Source: Patescibacteria group bacterium
GTDB taxonomy: Bacteria > Patescibacteriota > Dojkabacteria > J137
Assembly: GCA_016861265.1 (NCBI GenBank)
Contig: BOLA01000001.1
Location: 934,150-998,149, forward strand
DNA: 64,000 nt
Direction of reading: 5' to 3'
The translations under genes were made by a program, and so were the position numbers. This document shows positions 10,422 to 19,508 of this stretch, one piece after another. The first letter of the stretch is position 1, and every line of letters starts with the position of its first letter. The notes under the pieces were generated by a model. It searched no databases and was not told the origin of the DNA. It worked only from the letters and a program-made list of their open reading frames with translations.

Positions 10422-10712
10422 ATGAAGAAATTGCTAAGTGTTTTAACACTAACAGTTATAGCATTTTCAAGTGTTAGTCCTTTAGTATTAAAGGCTGATG
10501 CTGGTGCACAATCTTGTGTTCCTGGAACTGGAGTTAACGGAGTGGCTTGTACACCTTGTTACCCTGGACCTTATAACATTTGTGCACCTCATACCGGAAT
10601 CATTTTCAATGATTCAAATATTAACGAAGGAGCTGTATTTTTAAGTGCAGCAGCAGTAGTTGCTGGAGCAGCATTCGTTATTAACGGTAAGAATTTGAAG
10701 AAGAATGCTTAA
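10422..10712 (+). CDS. small Cys-rich secreted protein with C-terminal hydrophobic segment and basic tail (candidate sortase substrate lacking LPXTG)
   Basis: 96 aa; signal peptide; 6 Cys; C-terminal …NINEGAVFLSAAAVVAGAAFVINGKNLKKNA resembles a sorting-signal architecture. Confidence 0.55.
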   Translation: MKKLLSVLTLTVIAFSSVSPLVLKADAGAQSCVPGTGVNGVACTPCYPGPYNICAPHTGIIFNDSNINEGAVFLSAAAVVAGAAFVINGKNLKKNA

Positions 10713-10785
10713 TTGATTTAGTCCCCTGTTTCCCTGAATTGTTACTATAAATAAAAACATTCAGGGATCAGGAATTTTGAAGAGG

Positions 10786-10822
10786 TTTTTTGACACTGGA
10801 AAATGTTGACAATATAACGAAA
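10786..10822 (+). promoter_or_regulatory. sigma70-like promoter (TTGACA-17nt-TATAAC)
   Basis: Seen in sequence; lies in the AT-rich stretch between the Cys-rich protein gene and the GC-rich islet. Confidence 0.35.
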
Positions 10823-11125
10823 GAGGTATATACTGGATATATATTAATATTGATTGAGTGGGCTAACCCATTAATGAGTATTAATATACTCGATCTTTGA
10901 CAACTGTATTTTACAGTTGTAGAAAATTCTTAATTAATTGTATGGCGCAAGTCTGCAATCTTTAGGAAGATTCTCTCAACTATTGCTTTAATAGTCCAAG
11001 TACTCGCTATGGGTAAATAGTTAATAAGGTTAGCTGTTTACCCGTAGTGGAGTACATCCTTAAGGGTACTCGACGCGGTAGGGCATTTGCCCGACAAATC
11101 TAGTTCGACTCTATGGAGGACAGTC

Positions 11126-12220
11126 ATGTTCAACAACAATCGTACGGCTCGTATCGTGATGCTGCTGGTTCTCGTAATCGGCAGTGTCTTCACCAGTGTG
11201 ATGAGCGTCTTCGCGCAGGATGTTGCTCCGGTTTACCCGGTCAACGACCCCGCGAAGTGCGACTTCACGTTCGCGTACAACGGCAGCGGCGGCTGGAATG
11301 TCCAGCGCTACCTTCAGGACAACGGCGATGGCATCGTTCTCGTTACGACGCAAGAAGGTTGGGGGGAAGTGACTTCGGACACTCCCTTCACCGTCTTCGT
11401 CGGCACGTGGGAAGACGCTTCGCAGTCTGTCGTGAATCAGGGCGCAGGCGTTCTCGCAGTGGCTGAAGAGAACCGTTTCGCGTATCGCTTCGGCGAGGAT
11501 GCCAAGCTGGCAGTCGGTCAGGCGCTCGTTATGGTGGCAAACTGCACGCAAGGCGTGGCAGTCGATGCCCCGGCAGCGTTCCCGCCCAACGACGCGGTTT
11601 GCGATCCCACGTTCTGGCGCGAAGGTTCGGACAATCTCGGACGCAAGTTCGTTGACGGCTCTCGCTTGCTGCATTTCGCGGCGGGCGAAGTTGACGACGC
11701 GGCTGTTGGTTCGAACGTCCCGTTCCTCGTATTTCGCGGCATGATCGATGGCACGGGCAACCTCGGCTCTCCGGTTCTGGAATACAGCTACTCCCCCGAC
11801 GGCACGACCTTCAAGTACGTGATCTCGGCGGCGAATAAGCTGGCGCAGAACGAAGGACTGATGGTCGTCTGGCCCTGCCTCAGCGGCGCTGAACACGACG
11901 GGTTTATGACCCACATCACCACCGTCCCGAATGTGGACTGGTGCGGCGCTCACGTAATGGCGGCGGGTTCGACTGAAACCGTCCCTGCCAACTGCGTGGT
12001 CTCCGGCGATGTCAAGGTCAACGGCACGGCGCTGTACGACAACGTGGAAGACACGGGGTTGGTGGTTGCCATTGGTAGCAACCCGGTTGAAATCTACGCT
12101 GAGTGGGGCGCGAGCATTTGGCCCGCGGGCACTGTCCCGCAGACCGCCCACGATGCGTTGGTTCTGACCGGCTGCGCCGATGCGCTCGGTTGCCGCGTTG
12201 TTACGGTGAGTAACCAGTAG
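11126..12220 (+). CDS. secreted hypothetical protein on a ~60% GC islet
   Basis: Start ATG 11126 preceded by GGAGGACAGTC; signal peptide …SVFAQD; composition ~2x the background GC; full-length antisense ORF (11111..12241) is a GC artefact. Confidence 0.6.
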   Translation: MFNNNRTARIVMLLVLVIGSVFTSVMSVFAQDVAPVYPVNDPAKCDFTFAYNGSGGWNVQRYLQDNGDGIVLVTTQEGWGEVTSDTPFTVFVGTWEDASQSVVNQGAGVLAVAEENRFAYRFGEDAKLAVGQALVMVANCTQGVAVDAPAAFPPNDAVCDPTFWREGSDNLGRKFVDGSRLLHFAAGEVDDAAVGSNVPFLVFRGMIDGTGNLGSPVLEYSYSPDGTTFKYVISAANKLAQNEGLMVVWPCLSGAEHDGFMTHITTVPNVDWCGAHVMAAGSTETVPANCVVSGDVKVNGTALYDNVEDTGLVVAIGSNPVEIYAEWGASIWPAGTVPQTAHDALVLTGCADALGCRVVTVSNQ

Positions 12221-12264
12221 CAGCGATCCGAACCTGACCAAAGCAATAGGCGAGAAAAGAGTAA

Positions 12265-12289
12265 TCCGGACACCCTTGTGGTGTCCGGA
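12265..12289 (+). terminator. hairpin TCCGGACAC-loop-GTGTCCGGA downstream of the islet gene
   Basis: Seen in sequence. Confidence 0.4.
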
Positions 12290-12350
12290 CTCGCTTTAAG
12301 TAGATTTCTAAAAGTCTTTTTAAAGTGAGTTAAATTATTTAAAAAACACT

Positions 12351-12626
12351 ATGGAAACTATCAAGATAAGTCTTAGCGAAACAGGTCTAAGAGTAATTGC
12401 TATAGTAGCTGTTTGTGCATCCATAATAGCTTCCACAGTGCTTTTTGTTAATTCAAGAAGTGCTGATAGAAAAGCGGAAATTATTGCAGATTGTTTTAAT
12501 GTAGCTTCGTATAGAGCAACAAACTCTGAGAATAAATCAGAAGTTAATGAACCTGTACTAAGATTCTTTAAAACATGTATGGATATAAATGGTTACGGAA
12601 GTAACTACACATTCTTAAATGAATAA
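12351..12626 (+). CDS. small membrane protein, hypothetical
   Basis: 91 aa, one TM helix; followed by a strong terminator. Confidence 0.45.
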   Translation: METIKISLSETGLRVIAIVAVCASIIASTVLFVNSRSADRKAEIIADCFNVASYRATNSENKSEVNEPVLRFFKTCMDINGYGSNYTFLNE

Positions 12627-12649
12627 GAGTTGATTTTTGATCAAAGGTT

Positions 12650-12673
12650 ACCCCGCTCCAGCGGGGTTTTTTA
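12650..12673 (+). terminator. Rho-independent terminator (ACCCCGC-TCCA-GCGGGGT + TTTTTT)
   Basis: Seen in sequence. Confidence 0.75.
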
Positions 12674-12730
12674 ATAACTTCAGGTAAGTAGTAAATTTAC
12701 CTGAGCTTATTAGTCTTTGAAAGGACTCAT

Positions 12731-12829
12731 CATGAAAAAGCTCGAGAATGTAATGAGAACCTTGGCAATTGTCAGTTTGGCAGTTGTTTCTGCTGCCATT
12801 GGCATTCTATGGGTGATTGTTACACACTA
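12731..12829 (+). CDS. tiny hydrophobic peptide (32 aa) MKKLENVMRTLAIVSLAVVSAAIGILWVIVTH
   Basis: Short ORF immediately followed by a long perfect palindrome (12834..12863). Confidence 0.2.
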
Positions 12830-12876
12830 AACTTTAGGGCGGAAGCATCTTCTGCTTCCGCCCTAAAAACGCTAGA

Positions 12877-15800
12877 ATGTTAAAGATGAAAAAGAAATCA
12901 CCTTTATTCAAATTGATAAATCCTATTTGGAGTCGTAAATTTATAATTATCCTCTTTGTTCTATGGATTCTTATTTGCATAGCAAATTTTAGCCCGGACA
13001 CATTTTTAACCGGCTGGGATAATCTTCACCCTGAGTTTAACTACTCAATGAATTTAAAGAGGCTACTAACAAGTTCCTGGGCTGAGTATCAAGGTCTAGG
13101 CGCACCCGGTGCCCACTCACATGCTGCAGAAATTCCTAGAATGTTTATAGTGGGTATTTTGAACTTAATTTTTGAAACTAATCTAGTTAGGTACATTTTT
13201 ACCTTTATAACTCTGATTATTGGAGTAATAGGTATTTATTATCTGGTCAACAATATCTTCTTAAAAAGAAAAGAAAAGAAATTAAGAGAGTTTTCGGCAT
13301 TTGCAGCAGCACTTTTTTACATGCTTAATGTGGGTACTGTTCAGCACTTTCAAGCACCCTTTGAAATGTTCAATGTTCAATATGCATTACTGCCCTGGCT
13401 TATAGTACTTGCAATTAAATTTCTAGAGACAAAAAAATACAAATATTTACTATATTTTTCTGTAGTGACTTTTTTTGCTGCACCAATGGCTTATGCAGTT
13501 ATGCTATGGATTGCCTATTTTGGAGGTCTCACAATATTCTTGCTTCTAAACCTTGTATTTCAACGAAAAAAGGATTTAATAAAACCAAGTATTTTTCTTT
13601 TATCCGTCACTATTCTAGTAAATCTATTCTGGTTAGTACCAAACTTATATTTTGTATTCAATCATAGCAATTACGTACCAACTGCAAAAACGAATCTTAT
13701 TTTTTCAGAAGAAGCGTTTTTAACGAATCAGAAATATGGAAACCTGGTAGATATTTTCTTGAACAAGGGGTTCTTGTTTGACTGGCAAATTAGAAATCCA
13801 AATTACACTTTTGAACCTATTATGGGTAAATGGGATAGTCACATTGATAATCCGATTGTATTATCAATAGCCTTACTAAGCTTTGCACTTATTGTTGTGG
13901 GCATACTCTACTCAATTTATAGAAAACAGAAGTATTTAATTCCATTGATTGGTGTACTTGTATTTGCAGTTATCGTGATTATGGGTACTAATCCACCATT
14001 AGGAGGGGTTTGGGAAGTGTTAGTTGCTAAGATATCGGTGCTGCAAGAAGCAATTAGGTTCCCATTTACCAAATTCTCTATTTTATTTATATTTACTCAA
14101 ACGGCCTTTCTAGGCTTGGGTACCTATTCTGCAGCAAGATTAATTACAAAGAGAATTCACTTTCAATATGGTTCAATTTTTGCATTGCTATTTTTACTTC
14201 TAATATCTGTAGTCTATTCTCTTCCTACATTCCAAGGTAACTTTATTAATAAATCCCTTAGAATTGATATACCAAACGATTATTTTGAATTATTTGATTA
14301 TTTTAAAGATCAGAATAAGGCAGAAAGAATTGCTAACTTTCCTGTAAATACTCTTTTCGGGTGGTTTTATACCGATTGGGGGTATCAAGGATCGGGGTTT
14401 CTTTGGTATGGAATAGAACAGCCAATCTTAGATAGAGATTTTGATAGATGGTACACAACATTAGAAGATTATTACGACAGCGTAAGTCAAGCTGTATATA
14501 CAAACGATGCAAATTCATTAAAAGATGTTCTTAAAAAGTATGCAATTGATTGGATAATAATTGATGAACATGTTGTATCTTCCAGCGAAGATAACAACTA
14601 TTCTTTAAATCCTGATCTCGCATCGTCAGAAATGGCCTATAAGGAAACAAAGGCTTTGCTTGAAAAAATTCCTGGAGTCGAGCAAAAAGCGGTGTTTGGA
14701 AAAATTTATGTCTATAAAATATCGGGCCTTGATACAGATAATTCTTATGTAGATGTTCTAAATAACGATGCAGAAGGTCAGCCAATAGAAAGTAAGAATG
14801 CTTTTATCGAGGATAATTTTGGAAGAAAAAGTGAGGAAACCTACTTTGAGAAAATCTCAAACGATAATGTTAATTATATAAATAATGTATATACGCTTAG
14901 CAACGAACCAGGTAACTTACATCTTCCTCAAATTTATGATTCCGAGAAGAGTATTCCAGTAAGAATTGCAGCTCGAAAGAACAGCTCTTCCGTTAATATT
15001 AGACTAACCTATCAGATTCCTACAATATACGTAAATGACCAAAGCACTGTAAATGTAACAAAAGTAAGAAACCTTAATTTCGATATTGCAAATCAGTCTT
15101 CCAATTATTACCTAGATATTAATAATCAACAGTTACTCCTTGAGGATATAGATAATGCGTGGAAGATATACGGTTTTATGGATGTAGCATTAGATAAGGA
15201 TTTAGTAGCAAACTTATATAATATTGATGATGGAGAAAACATTACATCAAGACTAGATCTGGAAAAAGCACAAATTAATAATTGTTCTGGTTCTGCCATA
15301 GCTAAAAGCTCTTCAGTTTCTTTTGTTAATGATGTTCTTAACTTTAGAAGCACTGGTGAAAACATTTGTGTCGAATTTAAAATTAGCACCTTGAATACTG
15401 TTAATAGTTTGTATCGACTTGAGATGGAATATAAAAGTAATCAGGGAGTTATCGGGGACGCATGCATAAAATTTGACGCAGGTTGTGTTAATACAAAAGA
15501 ATTTAGGAGCGATTATCTGCCTACTTTCTGGTATAAATTTAATACTTTTGCAAAAGATGAAGACTCCAATAATTTTAGTACTGCGTTAGTATTCAATAAC
15601 TCATCTCCAGAAAATACTGCATCCATAGGTTATAGAAACGTAAAATTATATAGGTACGAATTGGATGATCAGGTGGTAATAAAGCTAGAAGATATCAAGA
15701 ACGATCTACGTTTTGCTAATACCGATATACCTATAAAACCGATAAATACCAAACTTACCTTCAAATTTATTCTACCGACTAGTAAAATTTATAATTTTGA

Positions 15801-16734
15801 TTACACTGCTCTTCAGCAAATTTTATCTTTAACGGCAAAGGATTGTAAACCATACGTAGATTCAATAGAGCTTGATAGAAGTCTTGATTCTGTAAATAGA
15901 CAAATTGATTTTAAATCTATAGATGGATTTAACTGTGATAATCTAAATTTGTACAATATTAATCTAAAGAATGGTTTCTTAATTAATATTGAAGGGGAAA
16001 ACAAGTCAGGTCCAGGATTAGTGTTAAATGTAAGCGACTTTTACTATAAGAAGGTATATTACACGAATAGACTTCCTCAGAATTCTAATTTTAGCGAATA
16101 TTTAACTATCCCTAATTTAATTGATTCCGCTTCTAATGGTTTGAATATTTTTATTAATAATCAATCAGTTGGTAACAAAGAAACTATAAACTCCATTAAG
16201 AATATAACTGTAAGCCCAATAATTTATAGTTGGCTTTCAGGCATAGAATATCAGTCTGCTCCCCTATTTAGCTCAGATAATAGCGTGATTAGTGTAGATA
16301 AACTTACTACGACAAATTACAAAATTGAGTTGAATCCATCAAGTTCTGATAGAATACTTAAATTCAATCAGAGCTACGAAGCTAACTGGCTAGCCTACGA
16401 CGATAAAGGTAATCTGCTTAATCGGCTAGGAACAGTAAATAGTAATACAGAAAAAGCGGAATGGAACAACTATTGGATTCTTCCGGCTGGAGTGTCGGGA
16501 GTCTTTATTGAATATAGAACTGAGACTTACCAATATTTAGCGTACGTGATAGTCGCATTCTTATTTGTGGTTCTTACCGTTGCATCTGCATGGCAAAGTA
16601 ATAGGTATATTATTTTTGTTACCCAAATTAAAAAAGCATACAAGAAACAAAGAAGAAAACACATGCTTTTTGTCGAAAGAAATATTGAGCCGAAACTAGA
16701 CCGATTCAAGAAGTTTAATAAGAAAGATCTCTAA
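12877..16734 (+). CDS. giant (1285 aa) membrane protein: N-terminal ~12-TM GT-C/YfhO-like domain, large extracytoplasmic domain, C-terminal TM anchor
   Basis: Uninterrupted ORF in an AT-rich genome; topology inferred from hydrophobic segments; family assignment is an inference. Confidence 0.6.
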   Translation: MLKMKKKSPLFKLINPIWSRKFIIILFVLWILICIANFSPDTFLTGWDNLHPEFNYSMNLKRLLTSSWAEYQGLGAPGAHSHAAEIPRMFIVGILNLIFETNLVRYIFTFITLIIGVIGIYYLVNNIFLKRKEKKLREFSAFAAALFYMLNVGTVQHFQAPFEMFNVQYALLPWLIVLAIKFLETKKYKYLLYFSVVTFFAAPMAYAVMLWIAYFGGLTIFLLLNLVFQRKKDLIKPSIFLLSVTILVNLFWLVPNLYFVFNHSNYVPTAKTNLIFSEEAFLTNQKYGNLVDIFLNKGFLFDWQIRNPNYTFEPIMGKWDSHIDNPIVLSIALLSFALIVVGILYSIYRKQKYLIPLIGVLVFAVIVIMGTNPPLGGVWEVLVAKISVLQEAIRFPFTKFSILFIFTQTAFLGLGTYSAARLITKRIHFQYGSIFALLFLLLISVVYSLPTFQGNFINKSLRIDIPNDYFELFDYFKDQNKAERIANFPVNTLFGWFYTDWGYQGSGFLWYGIEQPILDRDFDRWYTTLEDYYDSVSQAVYTNDANSLKDVLKKYAIDWIIIDEHVVSSSEDNNYSLNPDLASSEMAYKETKALLEKIPGVEQKAVFGKIYVYKISGLDTDNSYVDVLNNDAEGQPIESKNAFIEDNFGRKSEETYFEKISNDNVNYINNVYTLSNEPGNLHLPQIYDSEKSIPVRIAARKNSSSVNIRLTYQIPTIYVNDQSTVNVTKVRNLNFDIANQSSNYYLDINNQQLLLEDIDNAWKIYGFMDVALDKDLVANLYNIDDGENITSRLDLEKAQINNCSGSAIAKSSSVSFVNDVLNFRSTGENICVEFKISTLNTVNSLYRLEMEYKSNQGVIGDACIKFDAGCVNTKEFRSDYLPTFWYKFNTFAKDEDSNNFSTALVFNNSSPENTASIGYRNVKLYRYELDDQVVIKLEDIKNDLRFANTDIPIKPINTKLTFKFILPTSKIYNFDYTALQQILSLTAKDCKPYVDSIELDRSLDSVNRQIDFKSIDGFNCDNLNLYNINLKNGFLINIEGENKSGPGLVLNVSDFYYKKVYYTNRLPQNSNFSEYLTIPNLIDSASNGLNIFINNQSVGNKETINSIKNITVSPIIYSWLSGIEYQSAPLFSSDNSVISVDKLTTTNYKIELNPSSSDRILKFNQSYEANWLAYDDKGNLLNRLGTVNSNTEKAEWNNYWILPAGVSGVFIEYRTETYQYLAYVIVAFLFVVLTVASAWQSNRYIIFVTQIKKAYKKQRRKHMLFVERNIEPKLDRFKKFNKKDL

Positions 16735-16804
16735 ATTCTGCATTGCAAGTTCTATATATTAGATATATAATTGGTTCGGCCATTAATACTTGAGGAGGTG
16801 TTAA

Positions 16805-17011
16805 ATGGGAGCTAGTAGAAATACCAGAGAAATCGACTGGAACAAGGTCTGCCTAAAGATAGTGCGTGGCCAAATTATTAATGAGCGCAAAAGAAAAATG
16901 GTTCATTTGGCCGCATTCTTAGGTGGAATTGCTCTTGCTGCGATTATCGGTTTTCTGGCAACTGAGGGTATGAACTTTTTAAGAAATATCCTCGGTTTCA
17001 AGGGTTTTTAA
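16805..17011 (+). CDS. small membrane protein, hypothetical
   Basis: 68 aa; strong SD GAGGAGGTG; followed by a terminator hairpin. Confidence 0.35.
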   Translation: MGASRNTREIDWNKVCLKIVRGQIINERKRKMVHLAAFLGGIALAAIIGFLATEGMNFLRNILGFKGF

Positions 17012-17017
17012 CCCAAA

Positions 17018-17048
17018 ATAGGGGATGGCAAATTTTTCCATCCCCTAT
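17018..17048 (+). terminator. hairpin ATAGGGGATGG-loop-CCATCCCCTAT
   Basis: Seen in sequence. Confidence 0.55.
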
Positions 17049-17152
17049 TGCATTTCTATTGAGAATTAAATAAAAAAAATGTATAATTCAACGCTAGAAA
17101 TCGTTAAGTGCATTAAGGGAAAGGTAGATTAACGATGATGGTAGAAAGTGTC

Positions 17153-17224
17153 GGCCCTATCGTCTAACGGTTAGGACATCAGATTTTCAATCTGGTAATC
17201 GGAGTTCGATTCTCCGTGGGGTCA
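17153..17224 (+). tRNA. tRNA-Glu (anticodon UUC), no encoded CCA
   Basis: Manual fold: acceptor GGCCCTA/TGGGGTC with two G-U pairs, D-arm, anticodon stem TCAGA/TCTGG with loop TTTTCAA, T-arm CGGAG-TTCGATT-CTCCG. Confidence 0.8.
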
Positions 17225-17323
17225 TTAAAAGGGCATCTCGAAAGAGGTGCCTTTTTTATGATTATTTGCGAATTTACTATTTTGTTCATATAATACAGCA
17301 ACTTATTTTCTAAGACTAAATAT

Positions 17324-18076
17324 ATGGCAATTGAAGAAGCAGATAGACTTTTAGAGCACTATCAAAGAGCCTTCGTTGAGCTGGATCCACTTACTTACTT
17401 GGTACAACCAGCAACCTCGACTGGAATAGAAAATGCATTTCAAATTATAGAACACCCCGAAATTGATCCCAATAAGCCCACTGTTTTTATTGTAATCGGA
17501 CCATCGGGTGCGGGTAAGGACACTCTTGTGGATTACTTGGTAGAAAATGGTATGGTTCAGAAACTTACCACTGCAACGTCTAGACCAAGAAGAGTTGCAG
17601 AAAATGAACCAGAGGATTCATATGTATGGATGAGGCAAAGAGGTGATAACGAAACAGAAGATGAATATATTCAAAGTCTTATATCAGAACATGAATTGGT
17701 TGAATATGATGTTCATAATGGAAGATTATATGGTCTGCCTCGAAGCAGTATTAAAACAGATGGTAACATTCCAGCAGTAATTAGAACAGAAAACCAAGGT
17801 CTAAAGACAATAAAAAAGGAGCTAGGAGATGACTTTAATGTTATTTCAATTTTTGTAGTACCCGATTCTTTTACGACACTTGTTAATAGAATTAAAGATA
17901 GAGAAAATCTTAGATTGAGAGTTGTTAAAGCAATTAAAGAAGTTGAGGAAGCAAAAAATATTGCAAATTATGTAATTCTTAATCCAGACGAAGTAAATCA
18001 AGGGACTGCAGCAACAGCCAAGGACGCAATTAGTAGGCTAATTAGTAGAATTCTAAAGAGAGACATAGAAGCCTAA
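17324..18076 (+). CDS. gmk: guanylate kinase-family P-loop kinase with N-terminal extension
   Basis: GPSGAGKDTL P-loop and TTATSRPRR… region resembling the Gmk TTRxxR motif. Confidence 0.55.
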   Translation: MAIEEADRLLEHYQRAFVELDPLTYLVQPATSTGIENAFQIIEHPEIDPNKPTVFIVIGPSGAGKDTLVDYLVENGMVQKLTTATSRPRRVAENEPEDSYVWMRQRGDNETEDEYIQSLISEHELVEYDVHNGRLYGLPRSSIKTDGNIPAVIRTENQGLKTIKKELGDDFNVISIFVVPDSFTTLVNRIKDRENLRLRVVKAIKEVEEAKNIANYVILNPDEVNQGTAATAKDAISRLISRILKRDIEA

Positions 18077-18077
18077 A

Positions 18078-18107
18078 GAAACACCCTACGTACATGCAGG
18101 GTGTTTC
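18078..18107. terminator. bidirectional hairpin GAAACACCCT-N10-AGGGTGTTTC between convergent genes
   Basis: Seen in sequence. Confidence 0.55.
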
Positions 18108-18132
18108 TGATTAAAGCAGTGTTATTTACTTA

Positions 18133-18420
18133 CTAGTTTCTCTGATCCGAACTTCTTCCTCTCTGATTACTTTCACTATCTCTTCCACCTCTGTCGGAAG
18201 AAGATCTTTCCGATCTTTCAGAGTTTGAAGAATGGTTCTCCGACCCGCTTCTTTGATTAGAGTCGGATTCTCTATCTCTAGAAGATGCTGCACTTCGGCT
18301 TGAGCCTTCGTTTGAATCGCTTTCGCTTCCATGTGCTTTCCCACCCGCTGACTGAATCTTTCGCTTGGTTTTTTCATCCATATTAGGGGAACCTAACCCT
18401 CTTTTGCTTGTATCTGACAT
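18133..18420 (-). CDS. KGG-repeat general stress protein (YciG/Con-10-like), Ser/Arg/Asp-rich
   Basis: 95 aa; SAGGKAHGSE resembles the KGG-motif stress proteins; the alternative overlapping frame 18126..18377 is less likely. Confidence 0.5.
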   Translation of the reverse strand: MSDTSKRGLGSPNMDEKTKRKIQSAGGKAHGSESDSNEGSSRSAASSRDRESDSNQRSGSENHSSNSERSERSSSDRGGRDSESNQRGRSSDQRN

Positions 18421-18519
18421 ATTTTGTAAGATAACAAATAATATTATTAATATAATAATCCAGGTAAATAAATTTGTTATTTAGTAATGGTAAATTATCG
18501 GTAAACTAAAATGCTTGCT

Positions 18520-18552
18520 AGACAATAAAAAAGCCGAAGTTGCCTTCGGCTT
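18520..18552 (-). terminator. Rho-independent terminator for the YtxH-like gene (hairpin + U-tract on minus strand)
   Basis: AAGCCGAAG-TTGC-CTTCGGCTT followed by TTTTTTATT on the minus strand. Confidence 0.65.
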
Positions 18553-18573
18553 TAAGTTCAACAATATGTCCTT

Positions 18574-18924
18574 TTACTTATTATTAGATTCTTTTTCTAC
18601 CTCATCTATTTTCTTTTTTACTTCATTTTTTTTCGCATCTACTTTATCGTTAACTTCATTTCTAATATCTTCTGCTCTATCCATTATATTATTTGTAGTC
18701 TTTTCTATATTCTCAACAATATTGTCTTTTGCCTGCTCTACGTTTTCCTTTAACTCCATTCCTTTGGAATTTAAATCTCCGGCGGCTTGATCAATTCTCT
18801 GTTTTATTTCCTTTCGAGTCTCTTCTCCTTTTTTAGGAGCAAATAACACACCTAAGATTCCTCCAATAACAATACCCTGAAGTAATGCCATAAAACCGGT
18901 GTTGCTGTTTGTTCTGTTTTCCAT
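18574..18924 (-). CDS. YtxH-like membrane-anchored stress protein
   Basis: N-terminal GIVIGGILGVLFAPKKGEETRKE matches the YtxH GxxxGxxxG…APxxG…R signature; coiled-coil tail. Confidence 0.65.
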   Translation of the reverse strand: MENRTNSNTGFMALLQGIVIGGILGVLFAPKKGEETRKEIKQRIDQAAGDLNSKGMELKENVEQAKDNIVENIEKTTNNIMDRAEDIRNEVNDKVDAKKNEVKKKIDEVEKESNNK

Positions 18925-18946
18925 TTATAAATATTAATAAATAAAA

Positions 18947-19246
18947 TTATAAAAATTTTTTAATAACGCCAAAAACTTGTTTTCTTGCACTATTAATCAA
19001 GTAAATATTAATAGTTTTTTCCAGTATGTCCTTAAAACTAGCAATAAAGTTCTCTACAGTTACTTCCTGTTTAATATGCTCGCTTGTAGACTGAATGTTT
19101 AGGCTTACCTCATCGGCTTTTTGTTTAATATGCCTAAACATTCTTAATAGACTATATAAACCAAACATAACTCCTAGAGAAATAATTATAAAAAGAATCT
19201 TAACCACAATACCTAGTATTAAATCAATATTCTGAAGCTGTTCCAT
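18947..19246 (-). CDS. DUF948-like small membrane protein
   Basis: 99 aa, N-terminal TM helix; adjacent to YtxH as is often seen. Confidence 0.4.
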   Translation of the reverse strand: MEQLQNIDLILGIVVKILFIIISLGVMFGLYSLLRMFRHIKQKADEVSLNIQSTSEHIKQEVTVENFIASFKDILEKTINIYLINSARKQVFGVIKKFL

Positions 19247-19508
19247 ATAATTATTTAATAATTTAACTTTTTAGGAAAAGTATTTTTCCATTTCTTAATT
19301 TTCATTTTTAGCAACTCCCAACCTTCGATCTTTTTTTTAGTTTCAGTTTGATTGTTGTACTTATTTTCTTTTTTTTTAATTTCCAAAGATATGCCTTTGA
19401 ATGGTTTATTAGTCTGTCTAATAGATTTTCTAGGTTTATCCTTTCTTCTATATGACATACACGACTAATAACTAGTATGGATATTAGCGGTATTAAATAA
19501 AAGTTTTA

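Noticed and set aside
11111-12241. 376-aa ORF on the minus strand fully overlapping the 11126..12220 gene (plus several shorter nested ORFs)
   Set aside because: In 60% GC DNA long antisense open frames arise by chance. The plus-strand frame has a signal peptide, an SD-preceded ATG and ordinary protein-like composition, whereas the antisense frame is Arg/Ala/Gly-rich and protein-unlike.
19255-19458. 67-aa Lys-rich ORF between DUF948 and the histidine kinase
   Set aside because: Low complexity (K/N-rich) is expected by chance in AT-rich intergenic DNA; there is no SD or conserved motif, so it is not reported as a feature.
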